Positions 57,958 to 64,000 of a stretch of DNA of 64,000 bases are shown in pieces. The position numbers and the translations under genes are program-made. The stretch comes from Spirochaetia bacterium (GTDB lineage Bacteria; Spirochaetota; Spirochaetia; UBA9216): contig OZ223264.1 in assembly GCA_965140585.1 (NCBI GenBank), positions 288,001 through 352,000 of the forward strand. Direction: 5' to 3'. How positions within the stretch are numbered: the first letter of the stretch is position 1; every line of letters starts with the position of its first letter. The notes below the pieces were generated by a model. That model ran no database searches. It saw only the letters and a program-made list of their open reading frames with translations, and had not been told where the DNA came from.

Positions 57958-59211
57958 ATGGCTTTAGTTGAGGTAAAAGATTTATATAAGATCTTTGGTT
58001 CAAATCCTAAACGTGCAATCCCGCTTATTAAAAAGGGTGTATCCAAGCAGGAAATCAAAAAGAAGACAGGGTGCACAGTCGCAATTAACAGTGCGACGTT
58101 TGAAATCAATAAAAAAGAGACTTTTGTTGTAATGGGCCTTTCCGGAAGCGGTAAGTCTACCTTTATACGCTGTCTGAATAGACTAATTAAACCGACAGCC
58201 GGTCAAATTCTGATAGACGGTGAAGATATAGTTAAGATGGATTCTGAAAAACTGAGAGAGCTTCGAAGAAGGAAGATGTCAATGGTCTTTCAGAATTTCG
58301 GTCTGCTTCCGCACCGGAATGTAGTTTCAAATGTTGAATTCGGACTCGAATTAAGCGGAGTTGATAAAGATACACGTCATAAGAAATCTATGGAAGCATT
58401 AAAGCTTGTAGGACTTGAAGGGTTTGAGTACAGTCTTCCTAGAGAGCTCTCCGGAGGAATGCAGCAGCGCGTAGGCCTGGCAAGAGCTCTGGCTAACGAT
58501 CCGGAAATACTGCTTATGGATGAGGCGTTCAGCGCTCTGGATCCTTTAATTCGTTCTCAGATGCAGGATGAACTTCTTGAGCTTCAGGCAAAGATGCATA
58601 AAACAATCATATTTATTACTCATGATCTGGATGAAGCTCTGAAGATTGGAGACCGAATTGCAATTCTCGGCCCTGATGGCAGAGTCAGGCAGATAGGAAC
58701 CCCTGAAGCTATCTTATCAAGACCGGCTGATGACTATGTACGAGAGTTCGTCAGGAATGTAGATAAAACAAAGGTTGTAACCGCGGGCACTATCAGGAAA
58801 AAAATATCATTCTTAAACTCAACAAAGGATGGACAGAAGACCGCGCTCCATTTGATGGAGAAAGAAGGAAAGTCCTTCGCTTTTCTGGTTGACGGGGACA
58901 GAATCCTTAAAGGAATGGTGCATATAGAAGATGTCGTTGAAATGAAAAAACGAGGACTTGATGATCTAGGCAGTATCGTAAGACAGGATTTTTACGCTGC
59001 ATCAGGAGATACCTCGATTTCAGATCTGATGAGTACGGCTCTTGAAACCAGATATCCGATTGCAGTCATTGATGAAGACAATAAGTTCCTTGGAATTGTT
59101 AACAGAGAGATGATTATTGCAGAAATGAATGACGGTATGGATGAAGATTCAGGTCCTGCTTTTTTCAGTGAGATTTTGGAAGATGATTCAAAAACCGTGG
59201 AAAAGGTATAA
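57958..59211 (+). CDS. opuAA: Glycine betaine/proline ABC transporter ATP-binding protein with CBS domains
   Basis: GLSGSGKST, LSGGMQQRVGLARA, MDEAFSALDPLIR; AGGAG RBS. Confidence 0.95.
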   Translation: MALVEVKDLYKIFGSNPKRAIPLIKKGVSKQEIKKKTGCTVAINSATFEINKKETFVVMGLSGSGKSTFIRCLNRLIKPTAGQILIDGEDIVKMDSEKLRELRRRKMSMVFQNFGLLPHRNVVSNVEFGLELSGVDKDTRHKKSMEALKLVGLEGFEYSLPRELSGGMQQRVGLARALANDPEILLMDEAFSALDPLIRSQMQDELLELQAKMHKTIIFITHDLDEALKIGDRIAILGPDGRVRQIGTPEAILSRPADDYVREFVRNVDKTKVVTAGTIRKKISFLNSTKDGQKTALHLMEKEGKSFAFLVDGDRILKGMVHIEDVVEMKKRGLDDLGSIVRQDFYAASGDTSISDLMSTALETRYPIAVIDEDNKFLGIVNREMIIAEMNDGMDEDSGPAFFSEILEDDSKTVEKV

Positions 59212-59229
59212 CAGGGGAATTAAAGACTT

Positions 59230-60084
59230 ATGGACAAGATAAAAGAAATAATTGATATAGGCGCCGGTTTTGAAACAATAATCGACTGGCTTACGGAAAA
59301 AGCCGACTGGCTTTTTGATTTTATCGGAATGGTTGTAGATGGTTTTCTTGAGGGAGTTAACTATATTTTCCAGCTGCCGCCGGCTATTGTTCTTATTATA
59401 CTTTTTACACTTTTAGCCTGGAAGCTTGCAGGTCGCGGAATTGCGGTTTTTACCCTGATAGGATTCAGTCTTATTTTATACATGGGTTATTGGTCAGAAA
59501 CCATGGACACACTCTCTTTGGTCGTAGCTGCGGTTTTCTTTGCTCTGCTTGTAGGGATACCGCTTGGTATATGGGCTTCCAAATCTGATACGGCCTGGAA
59601 GGTTCTTCACCCAATCCTGGATTTTATGCAGACGCTTCCTGCTTTTGTATATCTGATTCCAGCTGTACTTCTTTTCAGACTCGGCCCTGTCCCGGGAGTA
59701 ATTGCAACATTGATATTTTCTCTGCCGCCGGTTGTCAGACTTACTAATCTTGGAATCAGACAGGTTCCGGTAGAGATTATTGAAGCCTGCAGAGCTTTTG
59801 GTGCAACCTCAAAACAGAGGCTGTTCAAAGCGGAGCTGCCGGTGGCGTTGCCGACAATAATGGCCGGTGTGAATCAGACCATAATGCTTGCGCTCTCTAT
59901 GGTTGTAATATCCGGAATGATTGGAGCCGGAGGCCTTGGAAATGTGGTTCTCAAGGGGATAACACAGCTAAGAATTGATATGGGTTTTGAAGGCGGTATC
60001 TCAATCGTAATACTCGCTATCTTTCTGGACAGAGTCACTCAGGCTCTAAGCAATATTGGAACTAGCGGAAACGGAAATAAATAA
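59230..60084 (+). CDS. opuAB: Glycine betaine/proline ABC transporter permease
   Basis: LDFMQTLPAFVYLIP, RLTNLGIRQV, GVNQTIMLALSMVV. Confidence 0.95.
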   Translation: MDKIKEIIDIGAGFETIIDWLTEKADWLFDFIGMVVDGFLEGVNYIFQLPPAIVLIILFTLLAWKLAGRGIAVFTLIGFSLILYMGYWSETMDTLSLVVAAVFFALLVGIPLGIWASKSDTAWKVLHPILDFMQTLPAFVYLIPAVLLFRLGPVPGVIATLIFSLPPVVRLTNLGIRQVPVEIIEACRAFGATSKQRLFKAELPVALPTIMAGVNQTIMLALSMVVISGMIGAGGLGNVVLKGITQLRIDMGFEGGISIVILAIFLDRVTQALSNIGTSGNGNK

Positions 60085-60153
60085 CCCGTTCCGATAATTT
60101 AAAATTATTAGTATCCCGGTAACGGGATAAAAACTTTTACGGAGGAATTTTAC

Positions 60154-61035
60154 ATGAAAAAACTAGTAATTATTTTAATGATGTTTGCTGTGCTGATGCC
60201 GGCAGCTCTTTTTGCAGGCGGTCAGGGTGAAAACGCTGAAAAGACAACAGTTAATCTTACATATGTTAATTGGGAAGAAGGTGTGGCATGGTCACATGTG
60301 ATTGCTGCTATTCTTGAAGATGAATACGGTGTGAATGTTGAGCTTACTGCTGCAGATGTTGCACCTGCCATTTCTTCAGTTGCAAACGGAGATCAGGATT
60401 TCTTTATGGAAGGATGGCTGCCTAACCTTCATACAGTTTACACCGAAGGTACTGATATTGTTAAAATTCAGAAAATCTATGACAACGGAGTTGTAGGTCT
60501 TATTATACCTAAGTACATGGCTGATGAGGGTGTTACAACAATCTCTGATCTTGCTAAACCCGAAGTCGCTGAAAAACTTGATTATAAAATTACAGGTATC
60601 GATGCCGGCGCCGGTATGATGATCAAATGTGAAGAAGAAATTATACCTGCATACGGACTTGATGATGCAGGAATTGAACTAATTGCTTCTTCCGGACCCG
60701 CAATGCTTGCAGCTATGGATGCAGCAATGAAAAAGCACGAATATATTGTAGGTATGGGATGGCAGCCGCATTCAATGTTTGGAAGATATGATCTTGTTAT
60801 TCTTGAGCAGGATAAGGACGTGATTTATGCTCCGGATGATATCTATATTCTCGGCAGACCAGATGTTGAAACCGATCTCCCGGAGGTAACTGCTTTTATG
60901 AAGAACGTATTCTTCACAAATGATACAATTGGACCTTTAATGGTTTATATTGCAGATTCTGATTTAAACACACTTGAAGCTGCACGTGAATGGAAAGATG
61001 CAAACACCGAAGTTTGGCAGGATTGGGTAAAATAA
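60154..61035 (+). CDS. opuAC: Glycine betaine ABC transporter substrate-binding protein
   Basis: YVNWEE, WLP, ITGIDAGAGMM, WQPH; signal ending LFAGGQGE. Confidence 0.93.
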   Translation: MKKLVIILMMFAVLMPAALFAGGQGENAEKTTVNLTYVNWEEGVAWSHVIAAILEDEYGVNVELTAADVAPAISSVANGDQDFFMEGWLPNLHTVYTEGTDIVKIQKIYDNGVVGLIIPKYMADEGVTTISDLAKPEVAEKLDYKITGIDAGAGMMIKCEEEIIPAYGLDDAGIELIASSGPAMLAAMDAAMKKHEYIVGMGWQPHSMFGRYDLVILEQDKDVIYAPDDIYILGRPDVETDLPEVTAFMKNVFFTNDTIGPLMVYIADSDLNTLEAAREWKDANTEVWQDWVK

Positions 61036-61052
61036 TCCTGTACCTTCCATAT

Positions 61053-61082
61053 AAACCGCCTGTTTTCGCAGGCGGTTTTTTT
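61053..61082 (+). terminator. Intrinsic terminator of the opuA operon
   Basis: AAACCGCCTG-TTTTCG-CAGGCGG-TTTTTTT. Confidence 0.88.
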
Positions 61083-61139
61083 ATTGCCAATATAGGCATT
61101 GCGGGCTAAACTCTATTCAATTGATTAACAGGATTTGCT

Positions 61140-61670
61140 ATGAATAAAAACGTGCACAATTACGAAGAGCTCAACTCTCTTACAAAAGATCAGCTTATAG
61201 ACCTGATCGGAATCTACTCCAAAAACTGGCTGGCTATGGACGGCGTCTGGTTTCAGTCGGTAGAACGTAAGCTTGGAATGGATGAGGCCATGCACCACGA
61301 CAAAGAAGCCTGGAAACGTTTCACAGTTATAGAAGCAAAGAAGATTAAAGAATTTCTGGGTCTTTCGGAGCATCCGGGACTTAAGGGACTGGAAAAGGCA
61401 CTCATGTACAGGTTTTATTCCAATATCAATAAAAGTGAAATTACCATTGAAGGCAATACCCTTATTTTTAGAATGATTGACTGCCGTGTCCAGGTGGCAA
61501 GAGAACGTAAGGGTATGGAATACCACCCATGCAAACCTGTGGGGGTAATAGAGTATTCAGGTTTCGGTAAAACAATCGATGATCGAATTGAATGCGAGTG
61601 CCTGAGCTGCTATCCGGAAATAACAGATAATTCCTGCAGCTGTAGCTGGAAGTTTACGCTGAACGAATAA
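61140..61670 (+). CDS. DUF6125-like protein
   Basis: KNWLAMDGVWFQ, CRVQVAR.RKG....CK, CLSCYP...CSW. Confidence 0.75.
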   Translation: MNKNVHNYEELNSLTKDQLIDLIGIYSKNWLAMDGVWFQSVERKLGMDEAMHHDKEAWKRFTVIEAKKIKEFLGLSEHPGLKGLEKALMYRFYSNINKSEITIEGNTLIFRMIDCRVQVARERKGMEYHPCKPVGVIEYSGFGKTIDDRIECECLSCYPEITDNSCSCSWKFTLNE

Positions 61671-61695
61671 TTGACCCTAAAATTCTCTTTATTGA

Positions 61696-61758
61696 ATGTA
61701 AAGCAGGCTTGACATGTACCTGCTGTTATAGTATTCTGATGTAAAGTAGACTTTACAT
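61696..61758 (+). promoter_or_regulatory. Sigma70 promoter flanked by two palindromic operators
   Basis: TTGACA(61709)-17 nt-TATTCT; operators TGTAAAG-CAGG-CTTGACA and ATGTAAAG-TAGA-CTTTACAT. Confidence 0.7.
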
Positions 61759-61767
61759 GGGGATGCT

Positions 61768-61983
61768 GTGGGTGATAATGTCAAAAACATAATCAAAGAC
61801 TGCCGATTAGGTCTGGGGATGACCCAACAGGAGCTTGGGGATCTTACCGGTGTTTCAAGACAATCGATAAACTCAATTGAAAAAGAAAAGTATATCCCAA
61901 GCCTTCCGCTTGCCCTGAAGCTGTCAAATATTTTCAGCTGTACTGTTAATGAATTATTTAAACTCGGAGATGACAATGGATGA
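61768..61983 (+). CDS. XRE/Cro-CI family HTH regulator
   Basis: MTQQELGDLTGVSRQSINSIEK.KY.PSL.LA.KL..IF....ELF. Confidence 0.92.
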   Translation: MGDNVKNIIKDCRLGLGMTQQELGDLTGVSRQSINSIEKEKYIPSLPLALKLSNIFSCTVNELFKLGDDNG

Positions 61984-62170
61984 GAGAACCAAATCACATC
62001 AGATGATTTCGACAAGGATTGCAATGATTGTGGCTGCCCTGATTATTGCAGGACTGTTTTACTATAATTTATTTATCAGGGGCGTCATTCGTTATGACTA
62101 TATGGTGATCCTGGGAGCAGCTGCATTTACCAAGATTTCCATGATGATTTTTTTAAGAATAAAGCGATAA
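61976..62170 (+). CDS. Small membrane protein (DERT motif)
   Basis: MDERTK, two TM helices; coupled to the XRE gene. Confidence 0.65.
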   Translation: MDERTKSHQMISTRIAMIVAALIIAGLFYYNLFIRGVIRYDYMVILGAAAFTKISMMIFLRIKR

Positions 62171-62190
62171 AAAGCTCGGGGAGAAAAACA

Positions 62191-62427
62191 ATGATTTTAA
62201 GAAAAATATACAAAGAAAATGATATAAATAAAATTACTGCAGTCGGACAGCTTTCAATGGTAATCGGACTGGGCTGTACTTCAGGTGTACTGCTTCTGAA
62301 CCGGTTCGGCAACGTTCATGATTTTCTACTGGGCTTTATGACCGGCATAGGTGCAGTGGCAATGATTGTGTCGATTGTTTTTAATGTAAAATCACTTCGG
62401 ATGAGAAGAACGGAAACTGCGAATTAA
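62191..62427 (+). CDS. Small two-TM membrane protein
   Basis: DFLLGFMTGIG segment; GGAG RBS. Confidence 0.65.
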   Translation: MILRKIYKENDINKITAVGQLSMVIGLGCTSGVLLLNRFGNVHDFLLGFMTGIGAVAMIVSIVFNVKSLRMRRTETAN

Positions 62428-62439
62428 AAGTCCCGGCTG

Positions 62440-63294
62440 TCAAATATATTCTTTCATAAGGTTCAGGGCCTGGGAACGGTAGCCCCCTCCGAACATATTG
62501 TAATGGTTTAAAACGTGATACAGGATATAGAGATTCATGCGTTTTTCCCAGCCGGGCTTCAGCGGATAAACAGAATCATATGCCCTGTAGAACTCTGAAG
62601 TGAATCCCCCGAACAGCCGTGTCATTCCCAGTTCCATTTCCCGGTGCCCGTAATAAGCCGCCGGGTCAATGATAACCGGCCTTCCATCTTTACCGTTTAT
62701 AACATTTCCGCCCCAGAGATCGCCGTGAATAAGGCTGGGAGGTTCTTCAGTTCCTGCAAGGAGCCGCGGTATTTTACCGGATAGCCTGTTCCAGGCGCTT
62801 GTTAGCGCACTGTCTGCAGCAAGCCTTATCTGATATCCGAGGCGGTTTGCAATGAGAAAATCAGTCCAGTTATCACAGGCTGTATTTTTCTGTGGAATGG
62901 TTCCGATATAGTTATCTTCATTAAATCCGAAGCCTTTGATCTCTCTGTGTTCTGCCTGTTCTGCTGATACCCGGTGCATTTCCGCAAGGCCGCGGCCCAG
63001 AAGAGTCTGAAACTCACCGCATCTTGGAGCCTGCTTAATGAACTTCAGAACAAGAAAGTGATCATCAAAGCTGATAACTTCCGGGACGCTGATTGTCTTC
63101 GTCGCAGCCATCGCATTGATACCGGCAGCTTCCATTCCCGGGAGTCCAGCGCTGCTGTAGCGTTTGATGAAATAATCGCTTTTTTCTGTTTTTACCCTGT
63201 AGCTGCTTCCGATATCACCGCCGGACACTGGGACGGCATCCAGTACCTTCTCTGGCAGGACTGAGCTGAAATCAGGCTGACCGCTAAATGCCAT
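62440..63294 (-). CDS. Fructosamine kinase family protein
   Basis: VSGGDI, FGFNEDNYIG, PSLIHGDLWGGN, IDPAAYYGHREMEL, LNHYNMFG. Confidence 0.93.
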   Translation of the reverse strand: MAFSGQPDFSSVLPEKVLDAVPVSGGDIGSSYRVKTEKSDYFIKRYSSAGLPGMEAAGINAMAATKTISVPEVISFDDHFLVLKFIKQAPRCGEFQTLLGRGLAEMHRVSAEQAEHREIKGFGFNEDNYIGTIPQKNTACDNWTDFLIANRLGYQIRLAADSALTSAWNRLSGKIPRLLAGTEEPPSLIHGDLWGGNVINGKDGRPVIIDPAAYYGHREMELGMTRLFGGFTSEFYRAYDSVYPLKPGWEKRMNLYILYHVLNHYNMFGGGYRSQALNLMKEYI

Positions 63295-63760
63295 GCTCCG
63301 ACCTTATCTGCGACAGCAGCCCGCTGCAGCTGTCCTCAAGCATATCAAGTACACGCTCAAATCCGGCCGAGCCGCCGTAGTAAGGGTCCGGAACATCTGT
63401 GCCTGTATAGTCTCTGGAAAAGTCATTCATCATATGAACCTTATCCTTAAACTCTCCGGTCCTGTCCAGTTGCAGGATGGCCCGGTAGTTGTCAGAGTCC
63501 ATCGCGATTATATAGTCAAAATTACTGAAATCAGAATACTTAAACTGCCTTGCCCTTGAGGTCAGCTGAATGCCGCGCTTTGACGCGTGCTTCCGCATAC
63601 GTGCGTCAGCCGGTTCCCCGGTGTGGTAGGCTGTGGTTCCGGCGGAATCGATGCTGAACTCTTTTTCAAGCCCTGCCTGGTTTACAAGTGCAGTAAAAAC
63701 TCCCTCGCCTGAGGGACTTCTGCAGATATTTCCCATACATACAAATATTACGTTAATCAT
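63284..63760 (-). CDS. Low molecular weight protein-tyrosine phosphatase
   Basis: VCMGNICRSP, DSAGT, DVPDPYYG. Confidence 0.95.
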   Translation of the reverse strand: MINVIFVCMGNICRSPSGEGVFTALVNQAGLEKEFSIDSAGTTAYHTGEPADARMRKHASKRGIQLTSRARQFKYSDFSNFDYIIAMDSDNYRAILQLDRTGEFKDKVHMMNDFSRDYTGTDVPDPYYGGSAGFERVLDMLEDSCSGLLSQIRSEHGI

Positions 63761-63818
63761 GTGTTTAATGTATCATGTCAAAGCAGGGAATGATAGAAGG
63801 TCCCAGTTTGGAAATTCT

Positions 63819-64000
63819 TTATAGCGGTTTAATCCTTTTCCATATATCGTCAGCCATCTTTTCAAACAGCTTTTTATCATAGGGCTTAGACTGATTCTGC
63901 AGATAATGAAATCCCTTTGGTATCAGAACAAGCTCATAAGCAAGAACCTCAGGATCTACCGAAGAGTTTATTTCTCCTTCTGAGATTGCTTTGGTGAGCC
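63819..64000 (-). CDS. 3' end of a CDS, possibly a TetR-family regulator
   Basis: LTKAISEGEINSSVDPEVLAYELV...IWKRIKPL* resembles TetR C-terminal helices; cut by the window edge. Confidence 0.5.
   Translation of the reverse strand, partial: LTKAISEGEINSSVDPEVLAYELVLIPKGFHYLQNQSKPYDKKLFEKMADDIWKRIKPL

Noticed and set aside
111-63824. Numerous short antisense or nested ORFs in the six-frame track (for example 7935-8339, 20572-21003, 36923-37786)
   Set aside because: They lie opposite or within well-supported genes and have no motifs; shadow ORFs
1-64000. CRISPR array, rRNA or tRNA genes
   Set aside because: No regularly spaced identical repeats and no convincing rRNA or cloverleaf sequence seen by eye

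Overview
Bacterial chromosomal window, most likely from a free-living spirochaete. This is inferred from the spirochaete-style OpuAC signal peptide, the long thymidine kinase and the ParE/ParC type. Housekeeping content: ppiC, nfo, parE-parC, lrgAB-suhB, ilvBN with an unannotated Val/Leu/Ile-rich leader peptide and attenuator, a late cobamide-salvage operon (cobQ-cbiB-cobD-cobU-cobS-cobC-cobT), radA, serA, tdk, recQ and opuA/proU. The most notable locus is a translationally coupled ECF sigma / single-pass anti-sigma / secreted caspase-family protease operon (11.3-15.1 kb). The protease carries surface-type repeats and a probable beta-barrel C-terminus, and it shares an R-x-K-G motif with the anti-sigma, which suggests proteolytic cell-surface signalling. 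Other points of interest: a thiol-redox operon (TlpA, CxC UshA-like protein, DUF1573-Trx-CcdA-like protein), an ErcA-kinase pair, an orphan DctP-kinase pair, and a structured opuA leader with an internal terminator. An orphaned, truncated cobalamin riboswitch and a cbiH remnant flank a decayed integrase/VapBC island. Several loci are reduced to remnants by internal deletions (LacI-type/sugar isomerase, HK-RR-serine hydrolase, ahpF/oxyR). Some frameshifts may be sequencing errors. No rRNA, tRNA or CRISPR array was seen. All family assignments come from motif recognition by eye, not database searches.
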